DNA from: Heptranchias perlo
Taxonomy: Eukaryota
Length of the DNA stretch: 64,000 bases
Reading direction: 5' to 3'
NCBI RefSeq assembly: GCF_035084215.1
Contig: NC_090328.1
Span: forward strand, 37,324,001 to 37,388,000
The notes under the pieces are model-generated. The model did not search any database and had not been told where the DNA came from. It saw only the letters and a program-made list of their open reading frames with translations. The position numbers were made by a program, and so were the translations under genes. Shown here one piece after another: positions 1 through 12,160 of this stretch; within the stretch, counting starts at the first letter, position 1, and the number at the start of each line of letters is the position of its first letter.

Positions 1-179
1 CTCATCCCACTCAGATCTTTTTTGGCTGGGAGATTTGACATGGATGGTTTTATACAAGGTAAACAGAAGAGCTTTGCAGAGGGAACAAACCAAATATTTT
101 TAACCCTTCCCCCTTCCTGTAGGAACATACCCCAGACTAAAGAACTTAGATGAAGGTTAACGTGCCAAAACTTACGTAC

Positions 180-530
180 AAATTACAACACGGAAAGAGG
201 TGCGCCGCCCAGTCTATGTTGGTGTTCATCCTCCTCGTGAACAGCAGTGCCAATCCCATGTGCCCGTCCTGCTCCCATATCCCATTATCCTGCTTTCCTT
301 CAACCACCTATCTAACCTATTCTTAAATATTGACATTGTCTCTGCTTCAATCACTAACTGAGAGTTGAGGTTGTGAGAAGCACTCTCTAAAAGTTTCTCC
401 AGCTCTGTCATTTAATCTTCAATGTCTCCTCGTTTTAAATCCCTCAACCACTGGAAACAACCTGTTTTGATCTACTCTGTCCTATCCCTTCTCAATTATA
501 AACACCTCTATCAAATCACTCCATAATCTC
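180..530 (-). mobile_element. CR1 LINE 3' end fragment
   Basis: ORF 226-411 (VIEAETMSIFKNRLDRWL) is the CR1 ORF2 C-terminus, followed by 3' UTR. Confidence 0.8.
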
Positions 531-2480
531 TCAAAGTTGACTCCGGACTTCATGAGGTCTCATGGCTTCAGGTAAAAAATGGGCAAGGAAACCTCTTGGT
601 AATTACCACCTACCGCCTTCCATCAGTTGATAAATCAGTACTCTTCCATGTTGAACACCACTTGGAGGAAACACAGGGTAACGAGGACACAATGTAATGG
701 GAGACTTCAACGTTCATCACCAAGACTGGCTCGGTAGTACCACCACTGACCGAGCTAGCAGAGTCCTGAAGAACTTTGTGAGAACCAACACAAGGGAATG
801 TTCTTGTGTCACCATTCTACTTGTCTTAGATGCGTCTATCCATGACTGCATTGATAGGAGTAACCACCCCAAATTCCTGATGGAGACCAAATCCCATCTT
901 CACGTTGAGGATACCTCTCCATCGTGTTGTGTGGCACTACTGACGTGCAATGCACTGTGGGCCACCAGCAGCAGCATTGAATACCACCATAATATGTAAC
1001 CTTATCTCCCAGCATATCTCTTTCCTCCATTACCATCAAGCCAGATGACCAACCCTGGTTCAATGAAGAGTGTGAAGAGCATGCCAAGAGCGGCACCAAG
1101 CAGAGCTGAAAATGAGGCGTCAACCTGGTGAAGCTACAACTCTGGGTTACATGCATGCTAAAGAGCACGCTATGGACTGCCAAGAGATCCCACAACCAAC
1201 GGATTAGGACAAAGATCTGCAACCCTGCCACATCTAGTTGTAAATGGTGTGGACAATTAATCAAGTAAAGGGAGGAGAAGGCTTCATGAAAATCCCCATT
1301 CTCAACAATGGCAGAGCTCAGCATGTGAATGCAAAAGACAAGGCTGAAGCATTGCAACTATCTTCAGCCATAAGTTCCCAGTAGATGAGCCTCCTCCTGA
1401 GGTCATCACGTTTATGCAACCTATCCTCAATTTAACCCTCTAAGCTCTTGTGATGAATCTGCGCTGCACCTCCTTCTAAGGCCATTATACCCTTCCTGAC
1501 ATGCTGTGCCCAAAACTTAACGCAGTACTCCAGATGGGGTCTGACCAAGGCTCTATACAACTGAAGCAAAACTTCCTCCCCTTTGTATTCCAGTCCTCTT
1601 GATATAAAGGCCAACAATCTATTAGCCTTTTAAACTGCTTTTTGTAACTGTGCACCGGCATTAAATGATTTGTACACAACAGACTCTAACCACCTCCCCA
1701 TGGCATTCAATGGCATTACCATTGCCAAGTACGCCACCATCAACATCCTGGGACTCACTATTGACCAGAAACTCAATTGGACCATGCCGTGGCTACTAAA
1801 GCAGTTCATAGGCTTTTTTTTTTACCTGCTTCATTATTAGTGATGATCCTAAAGACCTGTAACGTCAAAGTGTATTTTAAGCTAAGCATAAATTCTAGCA
1901 GTCACGTGCTGCAGTGAGTGACTCACCTCCAGACTCCACAAAGCCTTTCCACCACCTACAAGGCACAACTCAAGAGCATGATGGAATACTCTCCACTTGC
2001 ATGGATGGGTGCAGTTACAACACTCAAGAAGCTCAACAATGCAGGACAAAGCTGTTCGCTTGATCGGCACCTCATCCACTAACCTAATCCTCCACCCCTT
2101 ACACTACCAGCATACCGTGGCTGCAGTGTACACTTTCTACAGGATGCACTGCAGCAACTCACCAAGGCTTCTTTGGCAGCACCTCACAAACATGTGATTT
2201 CCATCACCCAGAAGGATAAGGACAGCAGGTGCAGGAGAACCCCATCACCTCCAAGTCTCACAACATCCTGACTTGGACATATATCGCCGTTCCTTTATCG
2301 TCGCTGGGTCAAAACCCTGAAACTCCCTACCTAACATTGTGGAAGCACCTTCACCACACGAACAAATGCGGTTCAAGAGGCCCACCACCACCTTCTCAAG
2401 GGTAACTAGGGATAGGCAATAAATACTGGCCTTGCCAGCAATGCTCACATCCCAAGGATGAATAAAGAAACAAAAAAAAA
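531..2480 (+). mobile_element. Decayed LINE of a second family (APE-RT; CR1/L2 group), interrupted by a CR1 piece
   Basis: APE motif GDFNVHHQDWLGSTTTD (697+), C-terminal IGTSSTNL..HHQHTVAAV, and the family 3' tail agggataggcaataaatactggccttgccagc followed by an A-rich end at about 2460-2480. Confidence 0.8.
1421..1682 (-). mobile_element. CR1 ORF2 fragment nested in the previous LINE
   Basis: ORF 1432-1617 LYRALVRPHLEYCVKFW. Confidence 0.85.
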
Positions 2481-2852
2481 ATTATATTTTGGTTAACAAA
2501 ATAGAAGTTATCACCTCAAGTATGCATAGGGATACTACTGAAGTTTAACTAGCTAACAGTGCATGGCTTAGCAACACAGGACACCAGTAAGTTAATCCGT
2601 AGCCAAGTAGGAAGAATCCAGCCCCCAAAGACAGGTCTGTCCACCAATGAGGCTGGATAATCAAGGGAAGGCTTGCCTGGTGCAGATATCAGATTATCCA
2701 TCTGCCTCAACTCCAAAATGCCAGATGCAACCTCTTGGAGCCAACTTGCCCCAGTGAAACCCTACTTACCTTTATTTGGTGTGAGAAAGCAAACCGTAGG
2801 ATCAAGATTTCATCTTTTCAATGAAAAATTTAAAAAGTTCACTTTGAAGAAT

Positions 2853-2858
2853 TTTATT
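2853..2858 (-). terminator. Probable TMEM167A polyadenylation signal AATAAA (alternative at 2771-2776)
   Basis: tttatt on the plus strand about 330 nt past the stop codon, followed on the minus strand by a U-rich tract (gaactttttaaatttttc). Confidence 0.55.
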
Positions 2859-3186
2859 GACAATACAATGTTTAGACAGATACACAGCAATAATTGATCA
2901 GATGATTCTCATAGTGACAATAGCTCTCAAGTGCAGAATGGTTGTTTTAGTCCAATAGCAAATTCAGCCACAATGGAGCTCCATCCCAAATATCTCAGTC
3001 CTTGGTCCAGTAACAAGGTTGGAGTTGATGTCACTACTAAAAAAAAGCTTGTGATGCAATAAGCACAATATGGATTTTGGAAGCTTCAGCCATTCTTGGA
3101 TCATTTTCACATTTATAAAGTTCATTTTTGTGTTTTTTTTAAACCAATGTCTATTATCCATAGTGCTGCCCTTTTCAAGCTGATTG

Positions 3187-3257
3187 TTACTGTGTAAAGA
3201 GAATACTGAATGCCATTACTATACAACATAGGGCGACATAAGGGCTTTTCCGTTCAC
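3187..3257 (-). CDS. TMEM167A: TMEM167A coding exon 4 (71 nt including stop): (G)ERKSPYVALCCIVMAFSILFTQ*
   Basis: Acceptor cttccctttgcag|, ending in TAA at 3189-3187. Total CDS is 3+110+35+71 = 219 nt = 72 aa plus stop. Confidence 0.97.
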
Positions 3258-3479
3258 CTGCAAAGGGAAGAGAAGGATGTAAATAGGATATCAAAAGCAG
3301 AATTAAATATTACAATGTACAGCTATGATTCTTTAAATACACAAATGGCACAATTCTATTAACAAATAACACTCGTTGAACAAACGAGGCTACTAAACTA
3401 AAAGGATAAATCTTTAAAAGGATTATAAAGAGCAGTAAATACCATCACATATTACAGCTGGTGTTCAACAGATCACTGT

Positions 3480-3720
3480 CCCTCAGTGACATCATCTGCA
3501 GGGATAGGTTAGCTTTCACATGTATACTGATGATACCCAACTCTACCACTTCTCTTGATCACTCAACTACCTCCGTGCTTTAAGACTGCCTATCTGACGT
3601 CAAGTCTTGGCTGCGTCACAACTTCTTCCAGTTCAGCATCAGAAAGACCAGCGCCATTATCTTTGGCTCCACCATTATCTCCACTCACGTGCCACTGATT
3701 CCATCCCCCTTCCACCCATA
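3480..3720 (+). mobile_element. L2 LINE RT fragment
   Basis: tatactgatgatacccaactctac encodes YTDDTQLY, the L2 RT catalytic motif. Confidence 0.7.
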
Positions 3721-4203
3721 CTTTGAGGAAAGTTGGAAGGGTACTGTTTATCATTTGTATTTCTTATTTGTTTACAGGATGTTGTCTTAGTTGCCCTGAG
3801 GTGGTGGTAGTGGGCCCCCTTCCTGAACCATTAACTGACTGAATTCTGTTTCTCTCTCGATGCTGCCTGACCTGCTGAGCATTTCCAGCTTTTTCTGTTT
3901 GTTTGCAGATTTTATTTGTTTAATTCCCACAACCCAGTTTCTTTTTAAATTAGTTCTATGTTTTGGAAGTTGGATCTGCGTGCAAGGAGTATTCCAACTT
4001 CTCTTCCACCCGTCGTATTTTTATTAGGGTACTTTCAATATCTCACTCTTAACTCCATTACACTTTTTCTTTTATTATGACATTTCTTTTACTTTTGTTT
4101 AACTGATCTTCCCCACCCCCCTTTTCTCCTTTTAGGAACCTGTTGTTCCCAGTCTTATCCCCCAAATCCCACTCTTCCTGGATTTCAGGGCATTTTTTCT
4201 TTC

Positions 4204-4243
4204 CATTATCATAAATTTCTTGGCATTATCATAAATTTCTTGG
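4204..4243. repeat. Perfect 20-bp tandem duplication
   Basis: cattatcataaatttcttgg x2. Confidence 0.9.
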
Positions 4244-4249
4244 CTTTCA

Positions 4250-6070
4250 TAAAATCATAGAAAGTTATGGCACAGAAGGAGGCCATTCGGCCCATCATAT
4301 CTGTGCCGGCGAAAAAGAGCTATCCAGTTTATTCCCACTTTCTAGCACATGGTCTGTAGCCCTGTAGGTTACAGCACTACAAGCGCTCATCCAAGTACTT
4401 TTTTAAAATGAGTTGAGGGTTTCTGCCTCAACCACCCGGTCAGGCAGTGAGTTCCAGACACCCACCATCCTCAGTGAAAACATTTCTCCTCAGCTCCCCT
4501 CTAATCCTTCTACCAATTACTTTAAATCTAAGCCCCCGATCACTGACCTTTCTGCTAAAGGGAAAAAGGTCCTCCCTATCCACTCTATCTAGTCCGGTCA
4601 TAATTTTATAAAACTCAATTAAATCTCCCTTCAGCTTCCTTTGTTCCAAAGAAAACAACCCCAGCCTATCCAATCTTTCCTCGTAGCTAAAATTCTCCAG
4701 CCCTGGCAACATCCTCGTAAATCTCCTCTGCACCCTCTCTAGTGCAATCACATCTTTCCTGTAATGTGGTGACCAGAACTGTATGCAGCACTCAAGCTGT
4801 GGCCTAGCCAATGTTTTATACAGTTCTAGCATAACCTCCCTGCTCTTATATTCTATGCCTCGGCTAATAAAGGAAAGTATCCCGTATGCCTTTTTAACCA
4901 CCTTATCGACCTGTCCTGCTACCTTTAGGGATCTGTGGACATGCATTCCAAGGTCCCTTTGTTCCTCTACACCTCTCAGTAGCCTCCCATTTATTGCCTT
5001 GTTTGCCCTTCCCAAATGCATTACCTCTCACTTCTCTGGATTGAATTCCATTTGCCACTTTACTGCCCACCTGACCTGTCCATTGATAGCATCCTGCAGG
5101 CTACAGCTTTCCTCCTCGCTGTCAACCACATGACTAATTTGATCAAGCCCCCACACTCAAGTCCAAATCATTAATATATACCACAAAAAAGCAAGGGACC
5201 TAATACTGAGCCTTGTGGGACCCCACTAGAAACACAGCCTTCCAGTCGCAAATACACCCATCGACCATTACCTTTTGCTTCCTGCCACTGAGTCAATTTT
5301 GGATCCAACTAGCCACTTTCCCTTGGATCCCATCGGCTTTTACTTTTTTGACCAGTCTGCCATGTGGGACCTAGTCAAAAGCCTTGCTAAAATCCATGTA
5401 CACTACATCAAATGCGTTACCATCATCGACCCTCCTTGTTACTTGCTCAAAAAATTAAATCAAGTTAGTCGGACACTATCTTCCCTTAACAAATCCATGC
5501 TGACTGTCCTTGATTAACCCGTGTCTTTCTAAATGGCGATTATGCCTCAGAATCGATTCCAATAATTTGCCCACCACCGAGGTTAGACTGACAGACCAAA
5601 TAACTCTAGGCCAATCTCTTTCTTCCTTTTTAAACAATGGTACAACGTTAGCAGTCCTCCTGCACCATGCCTGTAGCCAGGGAGGATTAGAAAATTATGG
5701 TAAGAGCCTCCGCTATTTCCTCCCTTGCTTCTCTTAGCAGCCTGGGATACATTTTGTCCGGGCCTGGTGATTTATCTACTTTCAAAGATGCTAAACCCCT
5801 TAATACTTGCTCTCACTATGTTTATCCCATCCAATATTTCACACTCCTCAATTACAATCTCTGCATCGTCCCCCTCTTTTGTGAAGACAGACGCAAAGTA
5901 TTCATTAAGAACCATACCCACATCTTCCGCCTCCACACATAGGTTACCTTTTTGGTCTCTAATAGGCTCTACTCTTTCCTTAGTTATCCTCTTGCTCTTT
6001 ATGTATTTATAAAACATTTTTGGGTTTTTCTTAATTTTACCTGCCAGTATTTTTTCATGCCCGCTTTGCT
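4250..6070 (-). mobile_element. 5'-truncated CR1 LINE (frameshifted ORF2)
   Basis: ORF 5772-6017 (LNEYFASVFTKE) and ORF 4440-5021 (RPQLECCIQFWSPHYRKD), with the 3' UTR and tail at about 4250-4330. Confidence 0.92.
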
Positions 6071-6289
6071 GCTACTCTCACTTTTCTCTTGATCTAGTTA
6101 TAAATGTCAATAAATGTCAGATTGGGAACTCCTTTATTTCCTTCTGTATTCTCACCGACTCCTAGCTTTCCCTTCTTGCTCTCTAAATTCTCTTCCTGAT
6201 CTTAACACTGCAACACTTAAAAATAAAAGTGAGACCAAAGCTTGAAAATGCTGTTCTAATTATGTACTTGAACTTATTTTAATATTTTT

Positions 6290-6425
6290 ATAGTTCTGAA
6301 GAAGGGTCTGCATGCAAAAGAGTTAATCTGCCTGTTACCTCCATGGATGCTGACTGACGTGCTCACTTTTCAGCATTTTCAGTTTTTGCTTCAGATTTCC
6401 AGAATCTGCAGTATTTTGCTTTTCA
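6290..6425 (+). mobile_element. Short Penelope pLTR-type repeat with a degenerate hammerhead (a partial relative lies at about 3840-3910)
   Basis: CTGAAGAAGGGTC... followed by gatgctgactgacgtgct...cagcattttc; same family as 23049-23260. Confidence 0.55.
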
Positions 6426-8614
6426 CTGATTAGGTTTGCAGTTGTGAATATAGATTCAATCAAAATTAAAAGTTGAGCACAATATTAGTAAGTGACGCTT
6501 TCAAAAGGACTACAATGAGCTAAAAACAAAAATCAGGAAAAGGTTTTTTTTTCTACCAGCTCTTGGTATTTCCTCACTGGCATTTCACTGAATAGCGTAC
6601 ACATTGTTATATAAGGATTCTGAACATACCCGACTTAGATAAAACACCATTAACTTTCTGTAATAAAGAACCAATAAAATAGCTCTTTTAGGACAATTTT
6701 TATACGACTCCCAGAAAATAAATTTAAAGGATTACATAATACGATAGCAATACTTAAGGGAATTTTAATTCCCATTAAAATAAATGGTTAGTTTTCTCCA
6801 TTTATTGCATTTCTGAAGCTCTATGCCTTTCCTAATAAACCCAATGTATTTTTGGGCAATCCACTATTGAATAAACTCTAGGATACAATTTAATGATATT
6901 ATAGGGTCACCCTGACTGGACTGTTGATTTGCTGAAAATTGTGAAAAAAAGTCTACTTTCATTTCCATTTCTCATGTTGAATAAGAAAGGAAAAAATGCC
7001 TTCAGATGTCTGTGCAAAGGGAACCACCCGAGACCATCTGGATCTCCAGTTCAAGATCTCTTTGTCTGCAAAGTATTTTAAGATTACACAGTTAAGTTTT
7101 ATATTAATAAGCTCAAAGGATATTTTGTGGGAGTTTATGGGCAAAAAAATTGATGGTAGATCAGAGTCCACATTTTTCTGAGCAATAATGGATCCAGTGT
7201 GGTCAATTTCTAACGGTTAACACTTCTCAAGAGTACAGCTGTCTGAACTATCACTCATTTAAATAAGTTCTTGAGAAAATGCATTTGCCCATCATTAAAG
7301 GCATTAAAAGAGGACTGAATAAGGACCTTGTATGCCTAAAAGTTAAATCTTAGTAGAGTGGCTAAAATGTAATATCGATGCAAAGCTAATTAAATATTCA
7401 ACGGTGTAATCTGAAGAAATTGCAGCAGTTTGTTAGATTATCAGTCCAAACTAAATCACATGAAAAATTGTTTAGATATTTTAAATGAATAAAACCAAGC
7501 TGGATCTTGCACACAAAATACATTACTTGGCCCACCTTATTTGGAATACACTGTACTGTATACATTAACTGTCTAACAAACTAATAAGTAAAAACACACG
7601 TGTGTTTGCTGTCAGCAGTTGCCTTGAACATGGCAAGAACAGGATTTAAATAGCTCAGAAAGTGTGTACAACTCAATACCATGTAGAGACTGACTGACTT
7701 AACAAAAATCTTTGGCTCATTAGGTTTTCTGTCAATTACCAGTCTTCTCTAAAGTGGCCTCAAAAAACCTACAATTTTAGTAACTTTAATATGGCTCGGT
7801 ATAATGTTCTGGTTGCTTGGTTTCCGCTAACAGCTGAATGTTGCCATAGTGACAGCATTTTACAGACCTGCGTTCTTGTTCTCATCTGTTATAAACCCTG
7901 TTGTGCGATGCAATTAGACTAGGCCTCTGATTATAGTAGAGCATAAAATTTAAAAAATTACATTTTTGTGGAATTATGAATATTTCTTAAAAATTATCTG
8001 CCAAAGCCATACACCACTCGTCAGGTTGGGAGGTAGTGCATTTAGGACTTGCTGAATGCCACTTTAAACAACCATAAGAGGTGTCCAGAACAGTCTGATG
8101 ACTCGTCTTCTTGTACCAAAGGAAAATCACTTAGCTACAGCATATAGTTGAGATCACAAAAGCAGCAATGTGAAGAGTTGCAGCAGTGAACAGACAGACC
8201 ATCACTGCATGACTCAATATTTTATTTTAATAAATTCAATAAAGCACAAAATAAGCTCAATATTTTCCAAATACTACTGATGGCATTGATGATTGTTAAC
8301 AGCTTTCATCACAATGCAAGGTGACGATGGTTAAAATACGTGAACTAAAAATACTTTAGGTTTGTGCTTACGAATGTCCAGTATGGTGCTAATGATCATC
8401 CTACACTCTTTAGAAAAAAGTCCATTTTACAAGTGAGCACTTCTGGCTGTCCAATCTGCTCTTCCATTGGGCAAGGTCCTGTGTAGGGAACGCTAACTTG
8501 AAAATTTTATTCCACTACATAATGGTAGACAATATACCAATTTTCATACATGGCAGTCATTAGGCGTCAAACATTATGCTTAATAAAAAAAATATGCTCC
8601 ATGTAGATGAGATA

Positions 8615-9800
8615 ACAACTTGCATTTATATAGCACCTTTAACGTAGTAAAATGTCACAAGGCGCTTCACAGGAGCACTATCAAACAAAATTTGACCGAG
8701 TCACATAAGGAGGTATTAGGACAAGTAACCAAAAGCTTGGTCAAAGAGATAGGTTTTAAGGAGCATCTTAAAAGGAGGAGAGGTAGAGCGGTTTAGAGAA
8801 GGAATTCCAGTGCTTCGGGCCTAGGCAGCTGAAGGCCTTGGCCGCCAATGGTGGTGATTAAAATCGGGGATGCGCAAGAGGTAAGAATTGGAGGAGTGCA
8901 GAGATCTGGGAGGGTTGTAGGGCTGGAAGAGGTTACAGAGATAGGGAGGGAAGAGGCCATGGAGGGATTTGAAAACAAGGATGAGAATTTTAAAATCAAG
9001 GTCCGGGAGCCAATGTAGGTTAGCGAGCACAGGGGTGATGGGTGAATGGGACTTGGTGCGAGTTTTGGATGAGCTCAAAATAATGGTGGAAGATTGGAGG
9101 CTGGCCAGGAGAGCACTGGAATAGTCAAGTCTGGAGGTAACAAAGGCATGGATGAAGGTTTCAGCAGCAAATGAGCTGAGGCAGGGGCAGAGGCAGGTAT
9201 TGTTACGGAGGTGGAAGTAGGCGTGTTGGCGATGGAGCAGATTTGTGGTCGGAAGCTGATCCCTGGGTCAAATAGGATGCCACGGTTGCGAATGGTCTGG
9301 TTCAGCCTCAGACAGCAGCCAGGGAGAGGGATGGAGTCGGTGGCTAGGCTTAGGGAAGGAACTAAATACTGGTACAAGATAGCTAGAGTCTGGAGTTTTA
9401 ACAAATACATACTAATGCAATTATAAAGAAAATTAACCTCAATATTTTAATAAATTAGAAATAGATAATAGAGCTCGATGCTCGCCCCACACTACACTTC
9501 ATAGAATCATACAGCACAGAAGGATAGCCATGAAGTTGATCGCTAGGGTGCAAAGTTTTCAAATGGGGGCTGAAAATAATGGCTTTTGTCCTCCCAAAAT
9601 CAAAGTACAAGAAATTCTGGCTCATTCATGAGGTCTTGACAGTGCGGGGATTATTGTGAGGTGAAGGGAAGTGGCAGAGAGGTAGAGCTGAGCTTTGTTC
9701 GCATACACGTAGAAGCTGACCTCATGTCTGCGGATGACATCACCCAGAGGCAATGTGGAGATCTAGAGGAAGAAGAGGTGAAGGGGTGGATCCTTGGGAT
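8615..9800 (-). mobile_element. L2 LINE 3' portion, in two pieces
   Basis: ORF 8821-9078 (SPITPVLANLHWLP..FKILILVFKSLHGL) and the L2 3' tail gctatataaatgcaagttg. An RT piece lies at 9560-9800. Confidence 0.85.
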
Positions 9801-10268
9801 ACAATGGAGGTGATTGTGCAGAAGCCGCCTTTACTGGGAACGCACTGGCTGCATTGAGACAGGTAGGAGTAGATCCACGCAGGGGCAATCCGACTGAAAT
9901 GGACCACGAAGGTGAGGCAACGGAGAAATAAAGTGACACGTTGCAATCAGAGAAGTCCCAACGTGGTGGGCATAGCACAAAACCCACTGACTGAATTTGC
10001 ATTGGGAACTGTGGGTACACAACTTGGAAAAGGGGAGAGCGAGAGAGCGCATGAATGACAAGGGAGGTGAGCAAAGGGAACCGCAAAGGCCAGAAAAGGT
10101 AGTTGGGTGGGGAGGCGAACAAGGGGATAGGAGGTGGATCTCATACCGAACCACCAAACAGGACGGGTCCTTCCCTGTTCAAATACTTAACCAGTGTCCT
10201 CTCAGCACATACCCATGATACAAGGCTTAGGACTAAATCTGGCTAAATGAAATGATGTTCACAGTCTA

Positions 10269-10317
10269 ACATTTATAAGCCAGCTCCTGACATTTATAAG
10301 CCAGCTCCTGACATTTA
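10269..10317. repeat. Perfect 21-bp tandem duplication
   Basis: acatttataagccagctcctg x2.3. Confidence 0.9.
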
Positions 10318-10588
10318 CATTGCTAATACCAGTTCTCTCATCCTGGCAGCAGATTCGTAAATCCAGTTTCTCGTGGGTCCACCATCAGTTTGTAGACAGC
10401 AGTCTTCCCAAATCCCAACTAAACGAGCCAGTACAAAAGTTTACGATTAATGTCCCATCCACATTAATCCAAAATTGGTGTGCATGGAGACATCCCTTCA
10501 CTTCTCTCAAAAAGGTTTGCTTAACTGAAAGCAACATTTAAACCATTCCCAGGTTCTTGTTACAATTTTAATGAATTTTGTGCAGAGC

Positions 10589-12160
10589 ACAATGTTTGCA
10601 TTTGTTTAAGTATTGCTCGATCCAGTCTAGAATGACTTGTATTTTATCGCGCCTTATCAAGCATTACAAAAACATGTCGAAGCACTTCGCATTTTGTGAA
10701 TTACTTTCGCTGTGCAATGATTGTCATGTAGGAAAATGCTGCGGCCATTTTGCACACAGCAAATCTCAGAGCAAGGAGATTAATAACTGGTTAATCTGCA
10801 CTTAATTGCTCATCACTAAATCTACACTACTTTAATTTCTTAACAAAATCCTTTATTTTCAGCTTCTGTGCAATTATGATATAACAAGCTCTGCCTATGA
10901 AGGTGATATTACACCTGCCCAGTGTTAGCATTGGATACTGATGAATTTCCAAAACCTGTAACTTAGCTCTGAGCAACACTTTCAGAAGATCAGACCAGAA
11001 ACTGTAAACTTCACTTGCTATATGTCACTTCAGTCTGTGCCTGTTGAGCTTTATGGTCTAACCTTATTGACTGCATATTTAGCAAACAGTACATGTATTC
11101 TAGAATGTAGTACTATATTTCATCATTACATAGCTTTATTATCTCTTGAGCTTTAAGATAATGTTTAAGACAGGTAACATGGAAGAGATGCCACAATAAA
11201 TCCAAAGAATACCAAAGAGGTATAGAACTACATATGGTAATAGGTCATGTAACCTAAAAGTTGTGTCACACTCCTACAAGGAGGAATGAAAAACTAAGGT
11301 AACATGTACAAAAGCAAAAAACTTAATAAATGGCTGGTGTAGCATATCAACTACAGTGAGTACCACACAAAATTACAATGATCAATTATCTAAGCTGCAT
11401 TGGCATCTGACATGACACACCCCATCAAAGTAGGGTCAGGAGGAGAAGAGCTAATAATGAACAGCTTGCAAATACATAAGGTTTGTCATCATTTCAGAAG
11501 CTAGCAACATAAAAGTTAGACATTTCCATAAAATCCCAACCAAAACAAAATGCAGATCAACATGCAGTATACCAAATTCTAAAAACAGAAATGTTATTCT
11601 GGTTTTGCCGTGAAAAAGGGTGCTCAAGTCTTTGATAGCTCAAAGGTTTCCATTCCTGAGCCACATAGACTAGGAAGGTCCTAGGTTTGGTCCTTGGCCT
11701 GTGCTAAATTAGGTGATCTCACCCAGAGCAGCTGTAAGGGAGCTACAATTGGTCACAGCTCCCGGGGTCAGGAAAAAGAATAACAGGATAATTGCTCGAC
11801 TCCTACAGTGACCCCTACTGGAAATGTCAGCATATGGTAATATCACCTTCACAGGCACAGCTTTAAGTTGCTATGACCAAACCTTCCTTTTCTCAAAGAT
11901 AATATTGTATCTCAATTTCACAGAAGCTGAAAATAAAGGATTTTGTTAAGAAATTAAAGTAGCGTAGATTAACGATGAGCAATTATGTGCAGATTAGCTC
12001 TGAGATTTGCTGTGCACAAAATGGCCACTGCATTTTCTTACATGACATTCACAAAATGCGAAGTGCTTGGACATGTTTCTGCAATGCTTAATAAGGAGCT
12101 ATATAAATACAAGTCGTTCTAGGCTGGGTTGAACAATACTTAAACAAATGCAAATATTGT
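10589..12160. repeat. Inverted duplication: arms at about 10589-10886 and 11906-12160
   Basis: 10827-10870 is the exact reverse complement of 11919-11962 (44 nt). The rest aligns with mismatches and two gaps. Confidence 0.9.
11650..11830 (+). mobile_element. LF-SINE-like element (probably continues at about 12170-12320)
   Basis: ctgagccacatagactaggaaggtcctaggtttggtccttggcctgtgct...gatctca...ctacaattgg resembles the LF-SINE consensus as I recall it. Confidence 0.65.

Noticed and set aside
15-58. Possible 44-nt plus-strand exon (cag|ATC...AAG|gtaaac)
   Set aside because: The splice signals are plausible, but there is no recognisable peptide or partner exon and it lies at the window edge.
145-178. 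Hammerhead-like tagatgaaggttaacgtgccaaaac
   Set aside because: Both core motifs are broken and there is no convincing stem I.
6902-7212. Possible hAT MITE (tagggtcacc ... ggtcaatttcta)
   Set aside because: The terminal repeats are too degenerate and no TSD is visible.
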